Source: Zancudomyces culisetae HAW-14-8 (lineage: Eukaryota > Fungi > Kickxellomycota). From it: DNA of 64,000 nucleotides. The DNA is taken from positions 930,001 through 994,000 of the forward strand of contig JBNJNM010000008.1 in assembly GCA_052426225.1 (NCBI GenBank). Direction: 5' to 3'. A program made the translations under genes and the position numbers. The notes beneath the pieces were generated by a model, which searched no databases, was not told the DNA's origin, and saw nothing but the letters and a program-made list of their open reading frames with translations. Of this stretch, positions 28,301 to 38,527 are shown one piece after another. The stretch's first letter is position 1, and every line of letters starts with the position of its first letter.

Positions 28301-29523
28301 TAGCTAGCAATTCGGAGCGTGGTAAGATTGCGTTTGGACACAGTGTTGGCGACTATTACCAGGACAACACTGGGTGTGTGTTGGGAACAAAAACCAAGTT
28401 TTTCCGCAAAATAGCTTCCAAAAAGTGCTATGTTGGCAATGAACATCGTCAACTGGCCAAGGTTGTTGAACACTGTCCCTGCACGAAATCCGATTTCGAG
28501 TGCGATTATAATTTCGAGCCGACTTATTCACGACTTGGTGGCGGATTCAGCTGTAGATTGGTGCTTGGCAAAATTCCAAAACGGACATACTGTTCTGCAA
28601 ATGGTTTAAATGATGATGGATATTTCTATTATAGCAGTGGTTACAGAATCATGCCGTATTCTGCCTGTGACCGCGCCAACTCTAAAAGCATAAAGATGGA
28701 TGAACCTATCAAGCTTATGTGTCCTGGAAAAGCCGCTCAAGTTGCTCTGTTTTGGGCATTTATGTTGCCTCTTACCTTCTTTGCTCTGGCACTGCTAGCC
28801 TATTTAGCCTATACCAACCCTGACATGAAACTAGCCCAGTTGGTTTTGGTTATTGTTGAGGGTATCAAGTTTGCCGTGGTAACTGTTATTGATTCAATAA
28901 GCCACGTCGAATTGTTTAGAAGACAGTACCATGCCCTACCTTCTGAAGATATGGAAATAGATGATACTCAAGATAACCAAACTGCCTCAACTGCCAATAA
29001 TGTCTTTACAACTGTTGCGTATGTTTCAAAGCTTTCATTCAGTTTGTTGTATAGTTCAACCTTGGAATTCATGTTGTTCTTCTCAAACATTGCGTTGCCT
29101 ACTGAACTCAACAATCGGTTTAGAAATTATGTGTTTTCGAGAGCTCCCATGCCAACTGGACCTATTTCCATCACCAACATCAACACTACTAGTAATACAA
29201 ATGTGAATATGAATATGAATACAGGAATGACCAGCCAATCTAATGCCGAAGTATTATTTGATGAATTTGCAGTATCTAATGATAACAACAATAATGGTGG
29301 TGGTAATGGTGGTGGTAGTGGTAATGGTAGTGGATTTGGTCATGGGAAGGATGGCTCTGGTAGCGACAATGACGAGTATGATGGATATAATATTGGTGGT
29401 GTACTGCACAATGGAACTCCTGGGTTTGTGAGCATTGATGATGATGACTATGATAAGGATTTCCTTGATGATTTTGATTTGGATGATCAAGGTTCAGATT
29501 CTGATCCTCATCGTCGGGGTTGA
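22327..29523 (+). CDS. VPS10: Vacuolar protein sorting receptor Vps10/Pep1 with three Vps10 (BNR propeller + 10CC) domains, TM helix and acidic tail; start may be Met at 22396
   Basis: Many SxDxGxTW Asp-box repeats; three CxCxxxDFECxxxF modules (~24.3, 26.4, 28.5 kb); signal peptide after M24; TM ~28740-28810; YHAL and acidic sorting motifs. Confidence 0.93.
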   Translation: MLLWKGSNNELSVCRRYGALSGIMGVLYQLERLVLFVAVFSGGIAYAIDTRDGVSITSNSFENKLVDLKYFEEGKVILGLEESVGTIHISHDSGETWESVKAISGAAHIEIHPYAKSTAIVLTEGKTHYITRDLGKNWTLFSTPEKPALQGKHPLQFNAANSEYIIYTGEKCTNKWKGVTYKQKCQPEWYYTVTGFREEVGSVKQILPTGRTAGKCIWGKSMPGIEAVSQKMLICTENEHTSDNVNERETSLGARAIVSEDFFETEKEIKFRINSTKDHVVDVFALNQYLVMVLSKETHGDVERRETQDVIVSTDGKDWVQSIFAEETGKDSSISAFVPTQPFMQLLAQSDGGEADIYRCDSSGRQFMRVLSRISVNKDGEAEISTVKGVEGVFIANVVESGVSGLISKKKVKRTKITFDGGISWRYLEAPDKDIQGKSYSCGVFEKDREGRCALHLQAMKTQANKHFETGTEMAPGLMVGVGTVGDRVAELDRCDTFISEDGGVTWKAGLEGAYMHGITGTGQGIVMVKTGEEISEFKYSLDRGRTWKSGELGYKLKVMGLISGRNVKEDSVVVVGEKTSNKGVLGGSKYVMVKIEVKRWERECEVNKESPGRSDDVEIFQFGGTATATGGCVMGVKTQYLRRKAEADCKITGENKMVFKTEICECIDADFECEYGFLSAGEGKCVAKTSPEPGAKDCRNGEKTYFGSSGYKKRVGNKCKGGKADGKDKPVEYQCEETKSGGDSFGIQSTMEMGAKADANIEHSSKTFLKLKDITPFKNTSHIVVVDKKGKLFHSGDNGKKWEEISIEKELGKEAEMAKIITDPYVKGRGFGMTSSGEILVTEDAGASWKQKFKLPEKPSVLNVEQVMDFHMDNPDWILFIGSTECPKCYTTAYISFDFGKNWKKIATYVEKCVFGKVEKFKIASKASVICSVWHESKGYQDELQKERKSNYIEMVIIDGERASNKQVLERGSNGHVTGFLVYSKYLIYSSEVDYLNEDNVVARQVELRISTDGKKVVVPELPPNMPPGLRENGYTLLQTNSGGLLLDVEEKVEGKEKENAIVWGTLLASNEEGTAFHVVLEKTNRNMYGDVDVENVSGVDGVIIANRIINTEAAGQIGIAKNLQTVISYDDGYTWQPIMAVSEEEEQKGTKKSNLKMCEGCSIHLRGRAVAGQSGGLYGVNSAPGYWIGVGSVGTYFDKSSEMSMFITTDAGRSWNQLAEGEQLYEWGDYGGILVMTDKTANTLKYTMDMGKTVSEYKFSSERMAIRAIWNGYKSIGSQFLIVGKTETDNSELVHVDFSKMEVEKCSATDFQSLKNPMCYMGEQRSYSVRKPNVVCRANPNPELGDGGLERDSKVPETQVDECRCSRIDFECESGFWLNGNGECELIGQDVDQPANCKPGTKYLGRSGYVRKKGTKCTGGKEYSGKVERICGAAGGIVIHSTKLDTGVESIEYFANSDHAIMITKTHKMLVSKDGGKSWADAEGIGAANVLGVDMDPFFKDSAIVVTDSETAYLTHDLGSNFVKIKLPAKPSIRDWPVLRHHKDRQEVMVYLGRQDGCSLSENMILPHRGRCSTKAYYTTDGGVTWETIDGDLGRGGCYFVRRRDTFGHLGTRLVCSFVPPTSSSKNFMIEASDSYFKHDRKQLSNSAVDMTYDGSYFVIPESYPITRGLLQLKLSMDGQSTAYAHFPGDKYTLRSAYTVLSTSDFAGSVMLHMTESDRAGMEYGTLYISNSNGTYYKKALEHVNRNKDGYVDFEMIAGMNSTILANIVTNHNSVFGSKKKQLRTVISVDAGSTWRYLNAPKKPLKGKSYGCNVKKNEVCGLNLHGFTQVSDSQNIYSASGAVGLVMGIGNVGAQLGSIEDSSLFLSRDGGFTFNQVSTGPKLFEFADHGAILVICDRLLPINYVEYSLDFGITWNKLMFENERVLTPETLTTEESSTTRKMVLVASVPGLAKTVVMNLDFTGAQPRMCHFDPADEPNNRNKDDFELWTLASNSERGKIAFGHSVGDYYQDNTGCVLGTKTKFFRKIASKKCYVGNEHRQLAKVVEHCPCTKSDFECDYNFEPTYSRLGGGFSCRLVLGKIPKRTYCSANGLNDDGYFYYSSGYRIMPYSACDRANSKSIKMDEPIKLMCPGKAAQVALFWAFMLPLTFFALALLAYLAYTNPDMKLAQLVLVIVEGIKFAVVTVIDSISHVELFRRQYHALPSEDMEIDDTQDNQTASTANNVFTTVAYVSKLSFSLLYSSTLEFMLFFSNIALPTELNNRFRNYVFSRAPMPTGPISITNINTTSNTNVNMNMNTGMTSQSNAEVLFDEFAVSNDNNNNGGGNGGGSGNGSGFGHGKDGSGSDNDEYDGYNIGGVLHNGTPGFVSIDDDDYDKDFLDDFDLDDQGSDSDPHRRG

Positions 29524-29959
29524 GGTTCAACATTATTTCATTTTACTACATCTACATTGTGTTTTTATTTATTTATTTATTTACTCGCTTGTTTGCTTGC
29601 TTGTTTTTCATATCCTTAGTTTTAAATAACCAATTTTAGATTATTTGAATATATCGTATAAATCAAAACAATTTATATATTATTATTTACGATTTTGTAA
29701 AAAAAAAAAATTAATTAATTAATATATTTGTGAATGAAATAAATATAATAGCAGCAAATTTATAATTAATTGGGAGAAGACCCAATCATATTTTGTGCCT
29801 TGGGTGATTTTCACATCCGAAAAAAAATATTTATCAAGTCTACTTGTAAACTAAAACACATAAAAACAAAAACAAAGAAGGAAAAAACTACTAGGATATT
29901 ATTTCTTGCTTTAAACAAACAAGCGAAATTTGAAATAATAAAGAAAAAAAGGGGCGATA

Positions 29960-31073
29960 ATGAAGATTCAAGTGCAAAAGGCTAAAGGATCCTCCTCTTT
30001 TCCTGTGGAATTGAGTGATAATGCTGTTGGAAAGGAATTGAGAACTTTGGTATCGAAAAAAGGTAAAGATTTTATGTAGATTAAATCAAAAAGTGTAAAC
30101 CATTCTCTCTTATATTATACTCTTTATTTTTATTATTATCTGTTACCATCATCTATTGAAATATATAAAAATCTTTTAAAAAAAATTTTTTTTTTGTGTG
30201 TGTGTGTGTGTTTTTTTTTTGATAGTGAATGTGGGATTCGATAGAGTAAGACTTACAATCGACACAGCTGACAAAAAAAAAGTTGTAATCAACGATAATG
30301 ATTTGGTCCAATCTGTCATTGTAAAGGCACTTTCACTATCAGACACCAAGGAAATCTCCAAGCAAGAAACAATAGTTGTGCAGTACAAGGATTTGGGCCC
30401 TCAAATCAGCTGGAGAACCGTATTTCTTGTAGAATACTTTGGCCCTATGGCCATGCACCTCCTTGTGTACAACTTGCCAAAGCTCTTTTATGGATCCGCC
30501 GGAAGCACACTTGTGCATACGACCGACCAACGCATAATGCTGTACATGGTACTCGGCCACTATATGAAGCGGGAGCTTGAGACCTTGTTTGTCCACAAGT
30601 TTAGCCATGCCACAATGCCATTGAGCAATTTGTTTAAGAACAGTTTCCACTACCATTTTACAGGCGGTCTGTTTTTGGCATACTTTTGCTATTCGCCATA
30701 CCACACCTCAGTGGTCGGAAGCCCACTTCCTTCAAGATCGCTGATGCTGGCCACCCTATCATTTTTGTTCTTTGAAGCATCTAACCTTGTTACACACATG
30801 AACCTTAGCAGCTTGAGACCAAAGGACGGCTCCACCGAACGAAAGATCCCCTATGGCTATGGCTTTGATTTGGTAACATGCCCAAACTACTTTTATGAAA
30901 TCATGTCCTGGGTCGCCTTCTCCGGAATTTCTAGAACTTGGGCCTCGTACATCTTTATTGGATTTTCGGCTTACCAAATGGTTGTTTGGGCCATCAAGAA
31001 ACACAAGATTTACAAGAAAGAGTTTCCAAACTACCCAAAGGACCGCAAGATTATCTTTCCTTATGTTTTCTAA
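29960..31073 (+). CDS. TSC13: Very-long-chain enoyl-CoA reductase; exons 29960-30062, 30226-31073
   Basis: KDLGPQISWRTVFLVEYFGP, KRELETLFVHKFSHATMP, NLFKNSFHY, CPNYFYE. Confidence 0.95.
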
Positions 31074-31555
31074 CTCCTTTACCACTGCCCCGCCCCCCCC
31101 CCCCCCTTACCCTCTCCCTTTTTTTTATTTTGTCTCTTTTTTTTTTTGAGTTTTAAAACAATTGAGTATTCAATTCAATAAACTAATTTAAACATCAATA
31201 GTATATTTGCTCCTCCCCTCCTCCCCTCCCCCCCCCCCATTTCTTTTTCTTTTTTTAATAATGTTGTATTTTTATTCTTGTTAAAACTTCTCCCCATTTA
31301 CCTTGTTTATAATATGAATGACTTGTAAAAACCAAATAAACTCTAATTTAAATCAAATATAGTTAATAACATGTAGATATAGTGTAAAAACATACTAAAA
31401 TATCTCGTTTTATCACTATCACTATCTCTCTTTCTCTTTCTCTCTCTCTTTTTTTAATTTTTTATTTCTTGTCCATACCAACTAACCAACCACTACTATT
31501 ACTTGCTAACTCCTCCAACCCTTTTCCCCTCAATTCCCTTGTAGAATTTTCGACT

Positions 31556-32452
31556 TTATTGTTTAGCTTCCAATCCTGCCAAATACTTGTCAGTAAGTCT
31601 CTTTTGATCCTTAGCCTTCAATACACTCTTGGCCCGATCCCGCAAGTAGTACAACTTGGCTCTCCTAATACCATCGCTCTTTCTCAATATCTCGATTTTC
31701 TTAACCAATGGCGAGTACGCCTTATAGCTAAGCTCCACACCCACCTTCAAAATCACATTTCTCAACGTAAACGATGTATCTATCCCTCTCCGGTTTATCG
31801 CTATACACACTCCTACAAACCGGGTCGTAAAATCTGGATTGGTCATGCTATTGATACTTTCTACCAACACCACATCGCCAGGCATCAGCCGGTCCTTTTT
31901 TGCTGCTCTTCGCTGGAACAGCCGTGATCTGTTGTCTTTATCCAATCGTATTATTGCCTCTTTTTCGACTATACCCAGTGTATTTAGTTTATGTTCTTTT
32001 CCCAATTTCCATGGATTGTCGAACTGTTTCTCTGGGATTATCACCTCGGCTGGCATAGTGTATTGGTTTACTATTTCTGTATGCAAAAAATTTATTTTTT
32101 TATTTCTTTATTTTTTTAAATCTTTGTCCATAGCCTGTAACTTGTCTCGATTTTCTTTATATTTATTATTATCTCATTTCAAATCCATCCTCTCAACTCA
32201 CCCCCTCCCTCCCCTCCTCCCCGCTTAAATCAACCCCACCAACATCCTCAAAAGAATAAACATGTTTACAATCCAGTGTTGGAAATATATCGGGTTTACC
32301 ACATCGTTTAAAATCAACAAGACAGTTATAGTTATGATATACAATTTGGCCCAGTCGACACCGATTATCTACTTACTTGAACTGTGGATCCCCCTTAATC
32401 CATTCAACAGATTCACAGATTTTTTCAAATTCGATCTTAGTCCCGCCAACAT
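31556..32452 (-). CDS. IMG1: Mitochondrial ribosomal protein bL19m (Img1/MRPL19); exons 32452-32377, 32076-31556
   Basis: GDVVLV, FVGVCIA, FTLRN, GVE, YSP, RRAKLYYLR. Exon 1 resembles a mitochondrial presequence (MLAGLRSNLKKS...RGIHSS). Confidence 0.9.
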
Positions 32453-33571
32453 TTTATCCTGAACTATATTTTTCCTTAATCCGGTCGGTTGTTTACGCAG
32501 TAAATATTGATATATTATTAAATCAATCCAAAAAAATAAATAGTTCCTATCAATATGCAAGGTGAAATCTAGAACTCCTTTTTTCAAACCCGAACTTTTT
32601 TATTTTTTTATTTTTTTTATTTTGTTTTGTACGAGTTTACTATTGATCAATAAATGATATCAAATATTTTTTTTTTCTGTTGGAGTTTTGATTAAAGACT
32701 TGAAATCTAACTTTGTACAAAATACTAAAATAAATGGTTGTATAAAATGCTTTTTTTATTATCAATACCATTCGCTCCCTTTTGTCGCCCTTCATTATTT
32801 CTTCATTCTTTTCTCCTCTAAAAAAGAAAATGGTAAAAAAAAAAATTTTTTTTAGCCTCAACTTGCTGAAAAAGAAAACTAGCCAAAAACACCTAATTTG
32901 CCTAAACTGATCTTAATATTGAGACAAACTCTACTCTTTCTTGTCCTAAAGTAAAGAGCTTGATAAACCAAGCTTGGTATTTTGGGATACAACTACCTAG
33001 TGTTGATGGTTTAAGAATTCTACATACATATATTATAATACGTTTTACAGGAAAAAAAAAAGCCTTTAACCTGTTCTATATGGCCTTATTTTACTTTGAT
33101 TCCACTTATTTGGGAAAAATATCCTCTTTATTACTCTCCATTATTAAATGAATTCAGCTTAATGTAGACAACATTGCTTTATGCCATCCGCTATGCCTGA
33201 CAAATAGAAAATATTACAAAAACGGTATAAAGACAACTCAAGAAAAAAAAGAAGCATCAAAAGGTTTTCTTTTATTATCCGTTTTTTGTTCTACTGCGTG
33301 GAAACCCTCGAGCCGAGTTGCTTCATGCACTCAATAGGTCTTCTACCTCTCTACACTAGATTTGGCTCAAAGATCAAAAAGAAAAGAAAAAAACTATGTC
33401 ACTATTCTTTCTTGATATTTCAGTAATGAGTAGTAATATGGAAAAGTATAAATACACCGAAAAATATTCGGTATCTATAACTCTTAGAATAAAACGCTCA
33501 ACTTACAAGCAATAGTGTTTTTATGTTTTAGTAACTCATCCATATAAAGATCCACAAAAAAAAAGTGAAAC

Positions 33572-34220
33572 ATGGATCGGAACGCACTCACCCAGACTTA
33601 CAAAAGCCATTGCCATGGAGATGCGTGTGGACATACACACGACCCACCATCTGGATTGCAAGTAACTTTTGTGTTTACCTCGGTTACAGTAAAAACGACA
33701 GTCGAATACGCTGCCCTTTACATTGTATTGATTTTAATCGGAGTTTTCGAACGCTGTCTGTCACGAGTTGCTGACATGTTCCCACTAAAGTAAAGTACTA
33801 ATTGTGGTATTCATTTTTAATAGATTCACTTCTTCCTGGTTTTATTTTTATTTTGCTATTATCTGACACTTCAAGAAATAACCATAAACATAAAATAGGA
33901 AGCAGGAGCATTTAACAATACCTCTGAAAGTCGCAATTTATTTTATAGTCGTGATGATTAGATACGTTCTTATGATGGCTTTGATGTCCAACACTGTACC
34001 TGTGCTGATGGTCATCTGCAGTGGTCTTGCACTCGGATTTCTTTTGATACAATTGTTTCAGCACCGCAAAATCCTTGTGCCAAAACTTTTTCAAAGCAGT
34101 AACAAAAACAATAGCGACCAGGATGGTGACCTTACTAGTGATACTCCTCGCTCATTTGATGATGGGAAATCAAAAACACAAACCAGCACTAGTGGTATTT
34201 TGAATGAACCATGCTGTTAG
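33572..34220 (+). CDS. Ctr (SLC31)-family copper transporter-like protein, paralog 1; exons 33572-33789, 33899-34220
   Basis: Three TMs, TM2 MxxxM (LMMALMS), TM3 GxxxG (GLALG), His/Cys-rich N-terminus, C-terminal CC. Confidence 0.75.
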
Positions 34221-35880
34221 TGTTTAAATGGGGTGTTTATTCTCTCCTTCTTCACCCCTTCTCTTCCTTTCACATTCTTTTTAGCTGAGTTTGTTTAGGT
34301 ATTTAAAACATCTGTTTTTTTTTAAATTGTTTTATTTTTCATATAATAATTGATATATTTCTTTAAATGGCAATAAAGTGCAAGTACACATAATAACATT
34401 TTCCCCAAAGTAGATTTACTTGCTTTGTGTAACCATTGTGCGTTTTGTATCGCAATAAGATATAATAACCATTAGAATTATCCTCAGAATTATAACCTCG
34501 GTCCGAAATCACAGCTTTTATTTTTTTTCATTGCATGGGAATAATCAAGGCAATTACAATAAAAACAAAAACGAGGCAAATCAGCGAATGGGAGTCAAAA
34601 TCAATGTCATTTACTTGTTATCTTGTGACAATTGACTAGCATGCTTCCTCTGTATACATAAATCTGACAAGTACAAAATATAAAAATGGGTGTGAATAAT
34701 TGTGATGTGAAATACATAACACCAACGTCGAAATGCATTTAGCAGGGGGATGCAGTACTTTTTATTAATTCGTAGAATTGGATAATGCTTGTGATTTGCA
34801 AAAATAGTATACAAAGCTAGTTGATTCCTCCTTATCCCTTCCCCACCTCCTTTCTATTACAAAAATTTTTTCTTATCTAGTAGGTCTTTTAATATTTTGA
34901 TTTCATGGCGTTTGCATGGGTCTGAAGTATTTCGCCCCACAGAATACTTGGGCTGTTATTAGGCCAAAAAAAAATAATCCACAACCAAAGATAACTGAAA
35001 ATAAAAAGTTCACACAGAAACCTGTGTATTTTTGTATAAATGATTTAATACCTGTTGTTGTATTTACGCTAACTGCTCTTCACCCCCTTACAAAGTATGT
35101 AAAGGATCACAGTTTACATAAATGCTCTTGTGAACACAGTTACTTGCGTTTCTCAAGCATATGTTTAGATACAGCCTCTGAATATCTGGAATATCTTTAT
35201 TAAATGGTACCAATACCATTAGTAATAAAACTCAACAATATTGTTATAAATTGGGGGCAAGTATGATTATTTAGCGCTAATTTCCTAAAAATCATTTACA
35301 GCCTATCACTCGAAAAACATGTTGCAAAAATTATATTATGTAATCACTTGTAACTTATTGGGCTATAAGAAAAATAATAATTAATATAATAAACAGCACC
35401 AGTTTACCAACTTGATGAAGCGAATTAGATTTGGGTTTTACTTAAAGTAGATTAATAATAGGGGACCTCTAAAGTCCGCGATTTTCATTGTTTTTTTTAC
35501 CGGCTATAATATTTCCTCGAACCGAGGGTGAGATAAACTACGTGGGCTAATACTAAAAAAAATACAAATTTGCGAGCTTTGGATTTCGGGTTTTGGATAT
35601 TAATTTTGATAAGATATAGGGGTAGTTACTTTCCTAGGCGATATAAAAAGGACAACTCATTCCATCGCGATATTTACCTTCTACCATTAATCTCTATCTC
35701 TGTATTTATTTACTTTACAAGAATTAGGCTCAACTGCTAAAAGGATCTAAAAAAAAGGTGTGTGACAAACAGAATTGGTACAACAAACACAGCCATATTA
35801 TAAATAAAGGACAACTGAATCAAATCCTAAAGAGAGAAAAAATACAAACAAATAATTTACATCAGTCTATATAAAAAAAA

Positions 35881-36360
35881 ATGGCAGCAATATATCTGGA
35901 TTTCCTACTTGCCGCTTACTGGCTTCGTACTCCTAGGGATCGCGCATTGGCATGCATAGGGTTAATACTGGCAGGTGTAGTCGAACGGTTACTATCCTTT
36001 GGTATTGATTTTATCAAAGTGAAACGCAAAACTACGTGGCAAATACCTGTCAGAGCCATCTTGTACTTTGTACTGGTTTTTATACGATATGCATTGATGA
36101 TTGCAATCATGGGTGGTAATTTCCCTATCGCTTTTTCAATAGTTGGCGGGCTTACCCTAGGCTTTGTGATTGTAGATATATCCACGTCCATTCACAAAAA
36201 GAGAAAATACAACAAGAAAGTGGCTATTGATCAAGACTACGAAAAAGTTGGTAGGAATAACATTAACACGTTTGGCAAAGAGGCTGGTGTAAGCGCAACC
36301 ACTGTTGATACTACAGCGAGTTCCGAGTATGTTTCAGCATACAAGGAATCGTGCTGCTAA
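35881..36360 (+). CDS. Ctr (SLC31)-family copper transporter-like protein, paralog 2, intronless
   Basis: TM2 MIAIM, TM3 GLTLG, C-terminal CC; aligns by eye to paralog 1 (ERxLS, IPxRxxxYF, IRYxLM). Confidence 0.72.
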   Translation: MAAIYLDFLLAAYWLRTPRDRALACIGLILAGVVERLLSFGIDFIKVKRKTTWQIPVRAILYFVLVFIRYALMIAIMGGNFPIAFSIVGGLTLGFVIVDISTSIHKKRKYNKKVAIDQDYEKVGRNNINTFGKEAGVSATTVDTTASSEYVSAYKESCC

Positions 36361-36689
36361 ATTTGTCGCCTACCCAGAAAACACACATGCCTGAGCCTGT
36401 AGCCTGCACGCGTGTCAGCATCTCTATTATATTGATTTTTCAGCTGATTCTCAAACTAACACATCAGCTTTGTAAGCTGAGCTTTGAAAGGCTTTTAATT
36501 TACTGATGTCTAGTCCTGTGGCAGTAGGCAACCGTAACTCTCGTAATTATTGTAGTATTATATCATATTTTGATTTTTTCTAGGCGTTCATTTCTAGTAA
36601 TTGTCTTGCATTTTCCACTTTATTGTTAAATCTACAGGGTTAAAATGATCATGCATAAATATACCACCACCAAAATAAAGTTTGCAGCA

Positions 36690-38269
36690 TCACAAAAATA
36701 CATCTAGACTTGTTGGAATGGAAACATCGAAACCTTTAGACTGCAATAGATCGTTGTTCCAAAATTTGGTCAGATGTCTTTGGCCCGAATCGCACAAAAT
36801 AGTCAAGATTGTCGCACCCGGCCCCAAAAGCTTTGCAACCTTGACTGTGGCAACCAGATTTAAAGCAGACGAAGAGCCCAAAAACAGACCATCGTTCTCC
36901 ATTATGTAGCGCGACATCCAAATTGTAGCCTGGTCGTCTATTGTGTATGCTCCATTAACACCGCAACCATGGCTGCGTGACCCTTTTCTAAAGAGCCTAG
37001 CAAAGTTGGATGTTAGTCTATTCAATCCAACACCCTCAACAAGTGTGTCGGTTTGGTACCTTCTTCTGGTGCCTTCTTTTTCGGTCTGTGAAAACATGAC
37101 CCCGTAATTGACTTTGTTTGCATTTCCTGAGCCATATGGATCTGCTAGAAACACTTTAAGGTGTGGGATTCTTGGTTTGAGAAATAGAGTTACACCTGCA
37201 ATAGTCCCACCAGTCCCAGAACCATGCACAAACGCATCGATCTTTCCTCCAGTTTGGACAAGAATCTCTGGTCCTGTATGTTTGTAATGGGCCATAAAAT
37301 TGTGTGGATTTTCAAACTGATCCAAAAAGTATCCTTTCTTTGAGGTACCATCACCATCCTCAGAGTTGTACTCTAAAGCTCGTCTCTCAGCAACCCGAAC
37401 GTAGTTTTCCGATTCTACTATTGAACAGGGTCTCACCATTTCCACTGTTGCCCCCATACTCTCCAGGATTGTCTTTTTTTCGCTGGCTACATCATTAGGC
37501 ATAACTATAAACACTTTGTAGCCTTTGGCCTTGGCAACCATACACACCGATATTCCAGTAGATCCCGAGGTTCCCTCAAATACACAGGAATCGGTATTCG
37601 GTACCAGTTTTCCCTCCTTTTCAGCCATTTCGATTATTTCAAGGGCCACTCTGTCTTTTGCACTCCCTCCTGGATTTAAATACTATATATTGATAAAAAA
37701 AGAATTTTCGTGATCTTTGTTCCTTTTATCAAGTTTAGGCTTGCTAGAAAGTTGAGTGTTAATCGACAATACTTACCTCCGCTTTTCCCTACATATTTAG
37801 TATAAAAACAAAGTTAAAGAACGCAAATTACAGATAGAATCATAGGTAAGGCTAGGAAATGAGACCAAAAAAATACAAAAATAAAAAATAAAAGATGTAT
37901 ATTTACCAATATCTCGCAACCTAGTGCCTTTGATAGACTGTTTATTCGAATGATAGGTGTATTTCCTATTAGTTGGGTGATATTATCAACCCTTTCTATC
38001 TTTTTAAATTTCTTTTCTTTGTTTGCATTCTGATCACGAACTAGGTTTTTCTATATTAGTTTACCAAACAGACGTATTAGCTGCATATCATTTATAGCTA
38101 TCTCACATACTTGAGAATTTGAAATAATGCGGGAACGCGTTACCTTTTGTTTTTTTTGATAAAGGATATATATAGCTTCAGCAATCGAAAACAATGAAAG
38201 TACGCCTATACATAAGGCTGTCCTGTTATTGTTGCTTAATTTGAGTGACATTCCAGCCGACAAAGACAT
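36690..38269 (-). CDS. Cysteine synthase-like PLP enzyme with N-terminal TM (similar to yeast YGR012W/MCY1 type); exons 38269-38111, 38050-37907, 37788-37777, 37682-36690
   Basis: IGNTPI, GKAEYLNPGGSAKDR (PLP lysine), EGTSGSTGIS, DQFENP, GSGTGGT, ILCDSGQRH. Confidence 0.9.
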
Positions 38270-38527
38270 TGTTGTAGTGGTTTCTATCTATTTATCTATG
38301 TATCTATTTATCTATTTATATTTTTTATATTTATACAAGCTGTTGCTTGATTTTTGCTGGCATTTTACACTTTGCTCAATTTAACAGGAAAAGAAAAATA
38401 AATTGCGGAAATAATACACATCCAGAAATAATTAGATTTTTAAACCCAGGAAATAAACAGAGCTAGAGTAGGAAAATACTATTTACAGAGTTCAGGCTGG
38501 CTTTTGTTAGGAAATAGTATAGGAAAA

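Noticed and set aside
33300-35880. Mac1-type copper response elements upstream of the Ctr-like genes
   Set aside because: Only imperfect matches (TTTGGCTCA, TTTGCGAG) were noticed, as expected by chance.
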